Notes under the pieces: model-generated
Seen by the model: only the letters and a program-made list of their open reading frames with translations
Told to the model about the DNA's origin: nothing
The model's database searches: none
Position numbers and translations under genes: made by a program
Assembly (NCBI RefSeq): GCF_039654945.1
Contig: NW_027361819.1
Location: 2,728,001 to 2,792,000 of the forward strand
Source of the DNA: Dendrobates tinctorius
Lineage: Eukaryota
Direction: 5' to 3'
DNA length: 64,000 nt
Shown: in pieces, positions 22,540 to 39,414 of the stretch
Position numbering within the stretch: position 1 is the first letter of the stretch
Layout of the letters: every line of letters begins with the position of its first letter

Positions 22540-23830
22540 TAGGGTCACAGTCTGGGCATTTTAGGGCTATGTTCTGTGCTGGTCATGGAAGCATAGTCAG
22601 AGCTGGTCACTGAGCTGTGGTCATTGAAGAATGGTCTGGGTATCTTCAGGCTATGGTCACTGAGCTGTGGTCATGAAGACATGGTTTGGGTATCTAACGA
22701 CTATGGAAAGGGCTGGCCAAAAGGCAGTGGTCATGGAATCATTATCTGGGGATCAGGGCATTTGGTGCTATGGTCAGGGATGGTTATTGTGCTGTGGTCA
22801 TGGGGGTATGAAATATGTGTCATGTGGTAAAAATCAGGGATGGTCACCGTTTTGTTGCTAAGGAGGCATGTTCTTGGCATTTGTGGGCTATAATTAGGGC
22901 TGGTCACTGAGCTGTGATCATGGAGGCATGGTCTGGGCACCTTGGTGTATGAGTGATGGTCACTGAGCTGTGGTCATGGAGGTATGGTCTGAGCACCTTG
23001 GTCTATCAGTGATGGTCACTGAGCTGTGGTCATGGAGGTATGGTCTGAGCACCTTGGTCTATCAGTGATGGTCACTGAGCTGTGGTCATGGAGGCATGGT
23101 CTGAGCACCTTGGTGTATGAGTGATGGTCACTGAGCAGTGGTCATGGAGGCATGGTCTAGGCACCATGGTCTATCAGGGATGGTCACTGAGCTGTAATCT
23201 TAAAGGCATGGTCTGGGCACCTTGGTCTATCAGGGATGGTCACTGTGCTGTTCTTAAGGAAGTATGTTCTGGGCATTTGTGAGCTATAATTAGGGCTGGT
23301 CACTGAGCTGTGGTCATGGAGGCATGGTCTGGGCACCTTGGAGTATGAGTGATGGTCACTGAGCTGTGGTCATGGAGGCATGGTCTGGGCACCTTGGTGT
23401 ATGAGTGATGGTCACTGAGCTGTGGTCATGGAGGCATGGTCTGAGCAACTTGGTCTATCAGGGATGGTCACTGAGCTGTAATCTTAAAGGCATGGTCTGG
23501 GCACCTTGGTCTATCAGGGATGGTCACTGTGCTGTTCTTAAGGAAGTATGTTCTGGGCATTTGTGGGCTATAATTAGGGCTGGTCACTGAGCTGTTGTCA
23601 TGGAGGCATGGTCTGGTCACCTTGATCTATCCGGGCTGGTCACTAAGCTGTGGTCATGCAGGCATGGCCTGGGCACCTTGATCTATCAGGGCTGGTCACT
23701 GAGCTGTGGTCATTAAGGCATGGCCTGGGCACCTTGATCTATCAGGGCTGGTCACTGAGCTGTGGTCATGGAGGCATGGTCTATCAGGGCTGGTCACTGA
23801 GCTGTGGTCATGGAGGCATGGTCTGAGTTA
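22540..23830. repeat. 56-bp minisatellite (GGTCACTGAGCTGTGGTCATGGAGGCATGGTCTGGGCACCTTGGTCTATCAGGGAT)
   Basis: GGTCACT at 22958, 23014...; more degenerate toward the left edge. Confidence 0.9.
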
Positions 23831-24519
23831 CTTTGGGAAATGGTCAGGACTCATTTCTCCATGGACAACCCTGTTGTAAATGTTTGAAAAACATAAGCAT
23901 CTGTTACTATTGTTTAGCTGAACCATTGGATCATACCAAGTATGAACATGGAGGGCAACTGGGCGCTACAATCCCAATTGTATGTTATTTATAGTCATGT
24001 ATGGTGCCTTTTTGCATCCTCTATTATTATATATTTACCTCCTTCCCCTGAGGTGATGTCTTGTGAACGTCCCTCAGCAGGCCCCATAAATACTTGAATG
24101 TGCACTCCTGCAGCCTGTGTCAATAGAAGTGCTGCCATTTGCTCAGATCTCTTGGTGTTCTATCTCCCTGGCTTCCTCTCTGTGTTTTACTTTCTCTCTC
24201 CCTCCTATTTTCCCTGCCTGTGATCAGAGCATGCTCTCCCCTGGGATGTTGCTGGGTGCGCTTGGTCCTTTAATCTGCATCACACTCTATGTGTCATATT
24301 CTGCACCTGCCCAGCAAGTGTGGGAATGTCAAGTGTCCCATCCCAGCAGCAGAGATGCCACCAGCTACTCCCCTCCTGAGTCCTCTGATCTCTAATTTAC
24401 AGTATGTCCTTCCCAACCCTCACCAGAGAGCCCAGCAAAGCACCAGGCTGAGGGTTATTCTATAATGTAAAGCTCTACACAGAATCTGGTCCATTATATA
24501 CTGTACTATGTAGATCTTG

Positions 24520-25580
24520 CTACGGTCCATGATGTAATGTTTTAGGTAGCACCTGATATGGCCCATAATGTAATGTTCTAGGTAGAACTAGGTATGGTCC
24601 ATGATGTGATATTCTAGGTACCACCTGATATGGCCCATGATATAATGTTCTAGGTCGAACCTGATATGGTCCATGATGTAATGTTCTAGGTAGAACATGA
24701 TATGGCCCATGATATAATGTTCTAGGTAGAACTTGATATGGTCCATGATTTAATCTTCTAGGTAGCACCTGATATGGCTTATGATGTGATATTCTAGATG
24801 GAACCTGATATGGCCCATGATATAATGTTCTAGGTCGCACCTGATATGGACCATGATGTAATGTTCTAGGTAGAACCTGATATGGACCATGATGTAATCT
24901 TCTAGGTAGCACCTGATATGGCTTATGATGTGATATTCTAGATGGAACCTGATATGGCCATGATGTAATGTTCTAGGCAGAACCTAATATGGTCAACGAT
25001 TTAAAATCTAGGTAGAACCTGATATGGCCCATGATGTTATGGTCTAGGTAGAACCTGATATGGCCCATGATGTTATGGTCTAGGTAGAACCTGATATGGC
25101 CCATGATGTTATGGTTTAGGTAGAACCTGATATGGCCCATGATGCGATATTCTAGGTGGAACCTGATATTGTCAATTATGTGATGTTGTAGGTAGAAACT
25201 GATATGGCTTATGATGTGATATTCTAGATGGAACCTGATATGGTCCATGATGTAATGTTCTATGTAGCACCTGATATTGTCTGTAATATAATGTTATAAG
25301 TAGAACCTGATATGGTCCATGATGTTATGGTCTAGGTATAACCTGGTATGTTTCATGAAATATTCTAGGTAGAACCTGTTATGGTTTGTGATGTAATGTT
25401 CTAGGTAGAACTAGGCATAGTCCATGACGTGGTGTTTCAAGTAGAACATATGTAATGTTCTAGGTAGAACCTGCTATGGTCTACAATGTGATATTCTAGG
25501 TAGAACGTGTTATGGTCCATGGTGTAATGTTCTAGGTAGAATATGGTTTAGTCCATGATGTTATTCTCTACATAGAACTT
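24520..25580. repeat. 36-bp minisatellite (ATGGTCCATGATGTAATGTTCTAGGTAGAACCTGAT)
   Basis: 36-bp period; gives the 12-aa repeat ORFs. Confidence 0.92.
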
Positions 25581-26062
25581 TTGATGAGAACCCTCCAGTC
25601 CATCCACAGGTCATAGTGCAATGTTCTGTACTGAACCGTTCAGCGTTTCTCCCACAGTTTTCAGGTGGAATCAGAGCAATGTTCTACATAAGAAAATCTA
25701 AGGATCTTACATTAACCACCAGAATACACGGACTTGCTCAGCAGAGAACCAGTGATGGTCTAGCCTGGTATCTAGGCAGTATCGGAAAGGAGATGTCTCA
25801 GAACCAAATGTGAAAATGTAATGCTCTTCGTAAATCCAGACATAATCACACCATGGTGCTATGTTACTGAAGCCAACGATAGAATTTCTCAGAATCTTCC
25901 TGGACAATCCTGTGTTCTGGCTCATGACGTAAGATTTTACCTAGTAGCAAATTAAGAATCTTCCACAATTTTCTGGAGTCGTGGTCTCCTACATGTGGAC
26001 TTTCAGATCTACACCTTCATCATGTACGGACAGCTACAGATTAGAGATTGCTGCTCTAGAGC

Positions 26063-27060
26063 TTATTATTATTATTATTTATTGTTATAGCGCCATTTAT
26101 TCCATGGCGCTTTACATGTGAGGGGGGTATACATAAAAACAAGTACAATAATCTTAAACAATACAAGTCATAACTGGTACAGGAGGAGAGAGGACCCTGC
26201 CCGCGAGGGCTCACAATCTTCAAGGGATGGGTGAGGATACAGTAGGCGAGGGTAGAGCTGGTCGTGCAGCGGTTTGGTCGATCGGTGGTTACTGCAGGTT
26301 ATAGGCTTGTCGGAAGAGGTGGGTCTTCAGGCTCTTTTTGAAGGTTTCGATGGTAGGTGAGAGTCTGATATGTTGTGGTAGAGAGTTCCAGAGTAGGGGT
26401 GATGCGCGAGAGAAATCTTGTATGCGATTGTGGGAAGAGGAGATAAGAGGGGAGTAGAGAAGGAGATCTTGTGAGGATCGGAGGTTGCGTGCAGGAAAGT
26501 ACCGGGAGACGAGGTCACAGATGTATGGAGGAGACAAGTTGTGGATGGCTTTGTATGTCATGGTTAGGGTTTTGTAATGGAGTCTCTGGGCAATTGGGAG
26601 CCAGTGAAGGGATTGACAGAGGGGAGAAGCTGGGGAATAGCGGGGGGACAGGTGGATTAGTCGGGCAGCAGAGTTTAGAATAGATTGGAGGGGTGCGAGA
26701 GTGTTTGAGGGGAGGCCGCAGAGCATGAGGTTGCAGTAGTCAAGGCGAGAGATGATGAGGGCATGGACTAGGGTTTTTGCAGATTCTTGGGTGAGGAATG
26801 AACGGATGCGTGAAATATTTTTGAGTTGAAGTCGGCAGGAAGTGGAAAGGGTTTGGATATGTGGTTTGAAGGAGAGATCAGCATCAAGGATTACTCCGAG
26901 GCAGCGAGCTTGTGGGACTGGGGAGAGTGGGCAGTCATTTACTGTAATTGATAGGTTCGTAGGGGGGGTCACGTGAGATGGGGGAAAGATGATGAATTCT
27001 GTTTTGTCCATGTTGAGTTTCAGATATCTAGTGGAGAAGAAGGATGAAATAGTGGACAGA
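26063..27060 (-). mobile_element. 5'-truncated L2 LINE 3' end
   Basis: ORF 26289-27011 (LNMDKTEFII...[10 protein letters not shown]...LHWLPIAQR...DFSRASPLLWNSLP...FKKSLKTHLF) is L2 ORF2 C-terminus; 3' tail with (TAA)n. Confidence 0.93.
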
Positions 27061-28071
27061 CTTCACTTCATGTGGAAAGAAAGGGTCTGCAGACCCTCAA
27101 CCTAAGGGTCTCATAATGTAAAACACTCAACAATGGATCTGTCATATCCTAATCAACCACTGGAGGCGCAGTATATGTTGTCCATAAAGTAAGGATTACA
27201 GTCAGCTGTAGAGATAAATATCATAATGTACAAGAAAGTGATGTAGGAAAAAGGAACCGTCCCTCATATTATAATGGGGGAGTGAGAGTGTCCATAAGCA
27301 TGCTAACAAATTCCACAGAAAAAGCCAGCAGAATAGTGAGTGCAGCTCTGGAGTATAATACAGGAGGTAACTCAGGATCAGTAATGTATGTACACAGTGA
27401 CTGCACCAGCAGAAAAGTGAGTGCAGCTTTGGAGTATAATACAGGAGGTAACTCAGGATCAGTAATGTAATGTATGTACACAGTGACTGCACCAGCAGAA
27501 TAGTGAGTGCAGCTCTGGGGTATAATACAGGAGGTAACTCAGGATCAGTAATGTAATGTATACAGTGTCTACACCAGCAGAATAGTGAGTGCAGCTCTGG
27601 AGTATAATACAGGATGTAACTCAGGATCAGTAATGTAATGTATGTACACAGTGACTGCACCAGCAGAATAGTGAGTGCAGCTCTGGAGTATAATACAGGA
27701 TGTAACTCAGGATCAGTAATGTAATGAATGTACTCAGTTACTGGACCAGCAGAATAGTGAGTGCAGCTCTGGAGTATAATACAGGATGTAACTCAGGATC
27801 AGTAATGTAATGTATGTACACAGTGACTGCACCAGCAGAATAGTGAGTGCAGCTCTGGAGTATAATACAGGATGTAACTCAGGATCAGTAATGTAATGTA
27901 TGTACACAGTGACTGGACCAGCAGAATAGTGAGTGCAGCTCTGGGGTATAATACAGGATGTAACTCAGGATCAGTAATGTAATGTATGTACACAGTGACT
28001 GCACCAGCAGAATAGTGAGTGCAGCTCTGGAGTATAAAACAGGAGGTAACTCAGGATCAGTAATGTATGTA

Positions 28072-29641
28072 CAGACCAAAAGTTTGGACACACCTTCTCA
28101 TTCAAAGAGTTTTCTTAATTGTCATGACTATGAAAATTGTAGATTCACTCTGAAGGCATCAAAACTATGAATTAACACATTTGGAATTATATAATTAACA
28201 AAAAAGTGTGAGACAACTGAAAATATGTCATATTCTAAGTTCTTCAAAGTAGCCACCTTTTGCTTTGACTACTGCTTTGCACACTCTTGGCATTCTCTTG
28301 ATGAGCTTCAAGAGGTTGTCACCGGAAATGGTTTTCACTTCACAGGCGTGCCCTGTCAGGTTTCTTGCCTTATAAATGGGGTTGGGACCATCAGTTATTT
28401 TGTGCAGAAGTCTGGTGGATACACAGCTGATAGTCCTACTGAATAGACTGTTAGAATTTGTATTATGGCAAGAAAAAAGCAGCTGAGTAAAGAAAAACGA
28501 GTGGCCATCATTACTTTAAGAAATGAAGGTCAGTCAGTCCGAAAAATTGGGAAAACTTTTAAAGTGTCCCCAAGTGCATTGGCAAAAACCGTCAAGCGCT
28601 ACAAAGAATCTGGCTCACATGAGGACAGCCCCAGGAAAGGAAGACGAAGAGTCACCTCTGCTGCGGAGGATAAGTTCATCCGAGTCACCAGCCTCAGAAA
28701 TCGCAGGTTAACAGCAGCTCAGATTAGAGACCAGGTCAATGCCACACAGAGTTCTAGCAGCAGACACATCTCTACAACAACTGTTAAGAGGAGACTTTGT
28801 GCAGCAGGCCTTCATGGTAAAATAGCTGCTAGGAAACCACTGCTAAGGACAGGCAACAAGCAGAAGAGACTTGTTTGGGCTAAAGAACACAATGAATGGA
28901 CATTAGACCAGTGGAAATCTGTGCTTTGGTCTGATGAGTCCAAATTTGAGATCTTTGGTTCCAACCACGTCTTTGCGCGACGCAGAAAAGGTGAATGGAT
29001 GGACTCTACATGCCTGGTTCCCACCGTGAAGCATGGAGGAGGAGGTGTGATGGTGTGGGGGGGGCTTTGCTGGTGACACTATTGGGGATTTATTCAAAAT
29101 TGAAGGCATGCTGAACCAGTATGGCTACCACAGCATCTTGCAGCGCCTTGCTTTTCCATCCTTTATTTTTCAGCAGGACAATGACCCCAAACACACCTCC
29201 AGGCTGTGTAAGGGCTATCTGACCAAGGAGAGTGATGGGTGCTACGCCAGATGACCTGGCCTCCACAGTCACCAGACCTGAACCCTATCGATATGGTTTG
29301 GGATGAGCTGGACCGCAGAGTGAAGGCAAAAGGGCCAACAAGGGCTAAGCATCTCTGGGAACTCCTTCAAGACTGTTGGAAGACTATTTCCGGTGACTAC
29401 CTCTTGAAGCTCATCAAGAGAATGCCAAGAGTGTGCAAAGCAGTAATCAAAGCAAAAGGTGGCTACTCTGAAGAACCTAGAATATAAGACATATTTTCAG
29501 TTGTTTCACACTTTTTGGTAATTATATAATTCCACATGTGTTAATTCATAGTTTTGATGCCTTCAGAGTGAATCTACAATTTTCATAGTCATGAAAATAA
29601 AGAAAACTCTTTGAATGAGGTGTGTCCAAACTTTTGGTCTG
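28072..29641 (+). mobile_element. Near full-length Tc1-like transposon (frameshifted transposase 28465-29487)
   Basis: TA|CAGACCAAAAGTTTGGACACACC ... GGTGTGTCCAAACTTTTGGTCTG|TA, long inverted repeats; motifs WSDESKFE, VKHGGG-VMVWG, QDNDPKH, WPPQSPDLNPI. Confidence 0.96.
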
Positions 29642-30431
29642 TACTCTATGTACACAGTGACTGGACTAGCAATGTAATGTATGTACACAGTGACTACACC
29701 AGCAGAACAGTGAGTGCAGCTCTGGAGTATAATACAGGATGTAACTCAGGATCAGTAATGCAATGTATGTACACAGTGACTGCACCAGCAGAATAGTGAG
29801 TGCAGCTCTGGAGTATAATACAGGATGTAACTCAGGATCAGTAATGTAATGTATGTACACAGTGATTGCACCAGCAGAATAGTGAGTGCAGCTCTGGGGT
29901 ATAATACAGGATGTAACTCAGGATCAGTAATGTAATGTATGTACACAGTGACTGCACCAGCAGAATAGTGAGTGCAGCTCTGGAGTATAATACAGGATGT
30001 AACTCAGGATCAGTAATGTAATGTATGTACACAGTGACTGCACCAGCAGAATAGTGAGTGCAGCTCTGGAGTATAATACAGGATGTAACTCAGGATCAGT
30101 AATGTAATGTATGTACACAGTGACTGCACCAGCAGAATAGTGAGTGCAGCTCTGGTGTATAATACAGGATGTAACTCAGGATCAGTAATGTAATGTATGT
30201 ACACAGTGACTGCACCAGCAGAATAGTGAGAGCAGCTCTGGAGTATAATACAGGATGTAACTCAGGATCAGTAATGTAATGTATGTACACAGTGACTGCA
30301 CCAGCAGAATAGTGAGAGCAGCTCTGGAGTATAATACAGGATGTAACTCAGGATCAGTAATGTAATGTATGTACACAGTGACTGCACCAGCAGAATAGTG
30401 AGTGCAGCTCTGGGGTATAATACAGGATGTA

Positions 30432-32057
<1,626 letters not shown>

Positions 32058-32395
32058 TAACTCAGGATCAGTAATGTATGTACACAGTGACTGCACCAGC
32101 AGAATAGTGAGTGCAGCTCTGGAGAATAACACAGGATGTAACTCAGGATCAGTAATGTCATGTATGTACACAGTGACTGCACCAGCAGAATAGTGAGTGC
32201 AGCTCTGGAGAATAATGCAGGATGTAACTCAGGATCAGTAATGTCATGTATGTACACAGTGAATGGACCAGCAGTATAGTGAGTGCAGCTCTGGGGTATA
32301 ATACAGGAGGTAACTCAGGATCAGTAATGTATGTACACAGTGACTGCACCAGCAGAACTGCAACTCTGGAGTATAATACAGGATGTAACTCAGAA

Positions 32396-33376
<981 letters not shown>

Positions 33377-33907
33377 TAATATATGTACACAGTGAATGCA
33401 CCAGAAGAATTCTGAGTGCTGCTCTGGAGCAGGAGCATAACAAAAGGTCTGCTGCAGTGCCTCACCATGCTCAGCAATTCTCCTCTATAAAGGTGCAGCT
33501 ATGATCAGTGACTCCATCTTTGCTGCGTTGTCTATTGAAATTTCAGGAACTCATATCTGCCTCATGTCTTGTCACAGACATAGGTCACTGCTATTTTTTT
33601 CCACCATGCTTTACACTTCAGCTCTACTTTATTAGAACACAATTTTGTCATTACGCGTAGCTGTTTTGGCCATTTGCATGTAAGGTGAAAAGGTCTGAAA
33701 CCTACCTTATGTCGTTCAGGGGCTGGAGCAGCTGCTCTGTACGTCCCTTATACTTTACACTTCAGCTCCAATTGTCTACTGTACCTTAGGGGCTGAAAAC
33801 CATTACATAAAGTTTGTAGCTCCTTCCCCTCCTTGAAGACGCTGTAGGCTACAGACTTATTACAAATGACAGCGCTGTGAGAGGCCTCATATTATTAGTG
33901 CCGGTCA

Positions 33908-34055
33908 GGCCATGTTCACACGGTCAGTATTTTACATCAGTAGTTGCAGCCAAAACCAGGAGGGTGATAAATACAGAAGTGGTGCCGTGATTCTATCACC
34001 CTCCTGGTTTTGGCTACAAATACTGATGTAAAATACTGACCGTGTGAATGTGGCC
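33908..34055. mobile_element. 148-bp fold-back MITE (Harbinger-like)
   Basis: Almost entirely palindromic (GGCCATGTTCACACGGTCAGTATTT ... AAATACTGACCGTGTGAATGTGGCC) with 3-bp TCA duplication. Confidence 0.88.
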
Positions 34056-34068
34056 TCAGGGCGCAGTA

Positions 34069-35358
34069 CGAGGGGCGATCCAAAAGTAATGATAATCAAT
34101 AATAAACAATGAATATAGTCAAAAATTTTTTTTTATTTTTCTACATAGTCTCCTAACAAGTCTATACATTTAGTCCATCTCTTTTCTAAACTTAGAATTC
34201 CCTTCGAAAAAATTCTTGATCTTGACCCTCAAAAAACTCCCCAACAGCGGTTATCACGTCGCTATTGTCAAATTTCTTGCCCCGAAGGTGTTCCTTGAGC
34301 CGAGGAAAGTGAAAGAAGTCACTGGGGGGCTAGATCTGGTGAATAGGGGGGGTGTTCCACCAGTTCAAAGCCCGCTTCTTGAATGGTAGCCATGGCAACT
34401 GCAGCTTTGTGAGCCGGTGCGTTATCTTGGTGAAACAGCACTCCAGCCCGCAGTTTGCCGCGCCTTTTCTCCTTGATAGCCTCCCGCAATCTTATTTGTT
34501 CTGCGTAGTAGGAGCCCGTAATAGTGGCTCCCTTCTCCAAATAGTCCACCATAATAATTCCTTCAGCGTCCCAAAAAACGGGACGCCATAACCTTCCCTG
34601 CTGAGCTTGACACTTTGAATTTCTTCGGCGTCGGTTCGTCGGCTCGTTTCCATGTCATCGATTGTTTAGTTTCGGGAACAAAGTGGTGGATCCAGGTCTC
34701 ATCCATGGTCAAAAAACGTGACAAAAAAATTCTCCTTGTCTGCTTGGAACTTTTCGAGATTTGCTATTGAAATGTCAACTCGTTTCTTCTTTTGCTCGTC
34801 GGCTAACATTTTTGGCACCCAACGCGCGGAGACCTTTCTCATATGCAATTCTTTTGCAAGGATTCTTTGAATACTGCCATATGAGATCCCAGTGACCTCA
34901 GCTACATGCCTGATAGTCACTCTTCGATCTGCCAACACAACTTCTTCAACTTTTTTCATGTTTTCTTCATTGAGGGACGTGGATGGGCGTCCTTCGCGAT
35001 GTTCATCTTCCGTCGATGTTCTTCCCAGCTTAAATTCCTTGGCCCAGCGTGCAACTGTGGAATATGGAGGAGAAGAGTCCCCCAATGTTTCCACCAAGTT
35101 GCTGTGTATGTCTTTGGTAGACATTTTTTTCCAAGCAGAGGTATTTGATGACAGCTCTGAGCTCGTTTTTTTCCCATTTTGATGTTCACTCCTTGGCAGT
35201 TCATATTCAAATGAATGTAGCTCCCGGGAATCGTGGCCTAGTTAAGTGATTTTTTTGTTCCTGGACTAGTGGGTACCTAAGAGAGAAGAAAACATTTTAT
35301 TTTAATTTCTGTGTGCAATAGAAATAACCGATTATCATTACTTTTGGATCGCCCCTCG
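34069..35358 (-). mobile_element. Full-length (1290 bp) mariner transposon, irritans-like, frameshifted transposase
   Basis: Perfect 29-bp TIR CGAGGGGCGATCCAAAAGTAATGATAATC flanked by TA; motifs WVPKML, HQDNAPAH, HPPYSPDLAP, ending GDYVEK*. Confidence 0.95.
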
Positions 35359-35723
35359 TATATGTTGGCGCTACCCACTCTGATCACTGAATAAATAAGT
35401 CTTGTATTCATCCAGGATTTTCTCACAAGCACTGGATATTCCCGGGAGATGGGGCTGCTGTGTGTGGGCTGAATACCACGGTCCAGCCAACAGGTGGCAC
35501 CCTACCAGTACTCCCCGCTCACCGTCCGGGCACTTCTCACATAATTAGTGTCTTTATATTGTATTAGTGCTAATTACTTTATGTTATTACCGTGACACCC
35601 GGAGACATCACACTCGCTCCATACACTGGCCGGGGTGTGCCAAGCTGTCACGCAGTGACGCCTATGTCACCCATCATGTACACTGTAAGACTGAAAGGTG
35701 TATGAGGAGGGTTGCTTTTATTT

Positions 35724-36452
35724 AGGTATTATACCCCAGAGCTGCACTCACTATTCTGCTGGTGCAGTCACTGTGTGCATACATTACATTACTGATCCTG
35801 AGTTACATCCTGTATTATACTCCAGAGCTGCACTCACTATTCTGCCGGTGCAGTCACTGTGTACATACATTACATTACTGATCCTGAGTTACATCCTGTA
35901 TTATACTCCAGAGCTGCACTCACTATTCTGCCGGTGCAGTCACTGTGTACATACATTACATTACTGATCCTGAGTTACATCCTGTATTATACTCCAGAGC
36001 TGCACTCACTATTCTGCCGGTGCAGTCACTGTGTACATACATTACATTACTGATTCTGAGTTACACCCTGTATTATACCCCAGAGCTGCACTCACTATCC
36101 TGCTGGTGCAGTCACTGTGTACATACATTACATTACTGATCCTGAGTTACATCCTGTATTATACTCCAGAGCTGCACTCACAATCCTGCTGGTGCAGTCA
36201 CTGTGTACATACATTACATTACTGATCCTGAGTTACATCCTGTATTATACTCCAGAGCTGCACTCACTATTCTGCTGGTGCAGTCACTGTGTACATACAT
36301 TACATTACTGATCCTGAGTTACATCCTGTATTATACTCCAGAGCTGCACTCACTATTCTGCTGGTGCAGTCACTGTGTACATACATTACATTACTGATCC
36401 TGAGTTACATCCTGTATTATACCCCAGAGCTGCACTCACTATTCTGCTGGTG
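35724..36452. repeat. 86-bp satellite array, opposite orientation
   Basis: Reverse complement of the 14.4/27.3-kb unit, about 8.5 copies. Confidence 0.95.
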
Positions 36453-36583
36453 GAGCCTGCGATGAGACAGGTGGTGGATTTCAGATGACTAATAGACATC
36501 ACATTCCCTGATTTTGCTGGGAGATACATAGCAGGTAAAGTTTTAGGCAGGTGTTGAAAAATGCCTCAGAATAAGAAGCTTAA

Positions 36584-36904
36584 GGCTATGTACCCACGTA
36601 TGCAGAAAATCTCTGCATGAAAACCGGACTCCTTCCCAGAAAACGCGCGTTTTTTCCGTGTGTTTTCCGTGCAAAAACCACGCGGTTTTTATGCTTTTTT
36701 TTCCACGCATCTTCAGTCTCATAGAAAATAGCTAGGTACGTGGACTTTTCCACAAAATTAATGAGCATGCTACAGTTTTTACCGCGGTAAAAAACGCATC
36801 AATGAGCACAAAAAGTGCGGAATTCATTGAAATGAATCAGATGCTTTTTGTATGCGATTTTGAAGCGTTTTTACCGGGAAAACCGCTTACGTGAGCACAC
36901 AGCC
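36584..36904. mobile_element. Degenerate Harbinger-like MITE
   Basis: GGCTATGTACCCACGT ... ACGTGAGCACACAGCC imperfect TIRs similar to the 52442-52761 MITE. Confidence 0.65.
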
Positions 36905-38019
36905 TTGAAAATCAAAAAGTTTATTTTTATCGATTAACTAAATGGAAAATGAGTGAAGAAAAGTTGAATGTAAATCCCGTCAATAATTGTCCTTTCATCT
37001 CCTCTCGGTCACTCGTACAGTCAGGGATTTTTAGAATTGTACACATTTATACGAAAATGAGTATTGATTGTAAGTCAAAAGCAGCCGAGCACCGTGCCGC
37101 AGAGTGCGACGCCCCCCGGAGCCAGAAGGGACCACTACCATTAATCACATCATGTACTTTGTGGAGAATAGCAATACAAATAGACATAAAACACAAAGTA
37201 ACACAATAACACACTCCTCCTGTGTGAGGGGCGGCAGGACACACACCCAGCACACACAAATCCTACATACGTAATACACATGCAGGTGAGCTAACAAATA
37301 GTGTTGTCCCAAAGGAATTAAGCACTTATCACCAGACAACCATGTATATGTCATAATATAAAATGTGATTGTCCTGAATCATAGTGCTGGTGCCTACAAT
37401 ACAAATGTCCACTGTTGCTCACAGTCCATTATTTAGCTAGTAGTGTATAAGCAGCACAATGCTGTCAATGTTGATATATGCAGGGACCCTGCTGATAAAA
37501 CTTATAAGTAATGTATAGTGATCCGGTCTGCCCACCATCCTCTGCCCCGACGCGCGTTCCGTCCAACACTTCCTCTGTGGGGGAGGAGGGACGCAGGTCC
37601 TTTTAAAGTGATGCAATGCCAATGAGAAGTTGTACGGCGCAGTTATGCGAGTCAGGCAGATTGCCGGGAGCATGATGCGGCGCACTGTGCTGTGGGTCCA
37701 CCCCAAGGTAAACACTGGAGGTTTTATCTTGTTATTTTGTATTGTATGTATTTTGCTATTCTTAATAAAGTACATCATATGATTTATTTATGGCAGTGGT
37801 CACTTCTACTAGGCGGATCGTCCAATGCGGCACAGCGGTAGGATCTCCCCCTTTTGTTTCAAATGAGTATTGAGTATTTTTATTCTGTAAAGGGTAATAT
37901 AGTATTTAAGATGATGTTGTCGGAGTAGTGGAAACAACGGTAACAGAAACAGCTGCGTATGAAACCTAAAACTGGGCGAGGACCAGCCAAACTGTGCCAC
38001 AAAGGTGAGGTTGTTGAAA

Positions 38020-39040
38020 ACCATTTCATGTCACAGAGAATACACCATAGGAAGATTGAACACAGCTACAAGACAAAAGGTAGTTCTACTGCATCAGCAA
38101 GGTGTCACCCAGGGAAAGATGCTAATTATGCAAATTGTCTCTTCAGAGAGGAAGAGGACTAGAACTCTAGTGCCACCTATTGGCAGTAACAATCCTAGAA
38201 GTCAATGTTGACCTTTTAACAAGCCTTGTTACATGACTTGGGATAAAAGTCAAGCCAGAATCTCAATTTGCAGACACTGTTTTGGAGTACCAGGGAAAGA
38301 TGTGACAAAAGTCTGGGGGGACGTCTAGATTCAAGATGTGCTATCCAAGTTCTATGGAAGCACCAAGAAATGGGCATCATTGAGGACCATAGACACAGTG
38401 GTCAGGCCAAAGAAACTTAGCACAGCAGATGAAGAAACCATTGTGATTACTCCACTTAAAATATCAGATGTTCAGCAGTGCCATCAACTCACAACTGGGA
38501 CCAGCTGCATCCATCTTGTGTTCGGAGAAGTTTGGCCAGAAGTCATCTTCATGGAAGAGTTACAGCCGAACCCCAAACCTTCTACATGGAAACAAGTGAC
38601 TCAACTCTGCACAAAAACTGAGGATCCGGGGTGCAGATAATGTCAGCAGGACTGAGGAGTACACTATGAAATATTCAGCTGGAACAGAAGCAGACTATTT
38701 CCAGAGGGCCGGAGAGCGGCACAATAATGAGGGTCTGCAGGAGCAGTGACACCCAATGGAGGGTCCTACAGGTTTGTGGCTGCATTTCAGCAGATGGAGC
38801 TGTGGATTTGGTCAGGATTAATGGTGTCCTCAATGCTGAGAAATACAGGCAGACACCGACCCATCATGTAATATGATCAGACAGCCGTCTGATTAGCTCC
38901 AAATTTATTCTGCAGCCGGACAACAACCCCCAATATACAGCCAATATCACTAATATCGAGGAGTCCTGGGGGTAATGACCCGGCCCCTCAGAGCCCTGAT
39001 CTCCCATCATCCCGTCTGTCTGGGATCACATGAAGAGACA
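38020..39040 (+). mobile_element. Old, highly degenerate Tc1-like transposase remnant with an inserted short repeat (~38115-38285)
   Basis: Decayed Tc1 motifs (GRPKKLS, GCISADGAVDLVRINGVLNAEKY, QPDNNP, PQSPDL). Confidence 0.7.
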
Positions 39041-39414
39041 GATTCAGTTCACTGCCCTGTATCTAAATATCCGGGATCAGGGGGTCTTGCTGGCCCCCCG
39101 GACAGTGCCCCCTTTTAGGAGAATGTTTTTCTAATGTGCTATCTCCACCTGTTCCATGGGGGATTCGTCCTTTCTCCCTGGTGGGCAGGTGGAGGTTTGT
39201 CCTTCCAGGTCCCCATGTGACTGCACATGGTGTGGGAGTGAGGGGTTAATGGCGGTCAAGTTTGCACCTATCTGTGAAATTAGTACAAAGAAGCAGCTCT
39301 GCGTCTGCAGCCCCATGTCACCTCCTTATGAGGGACATCTGCGAAGACCTGTTATTGTAAGGGGTGATGGTCGCGAGCCCCTACTAATATGCAACATAGA
39401 ATTCTGCTATTGAG

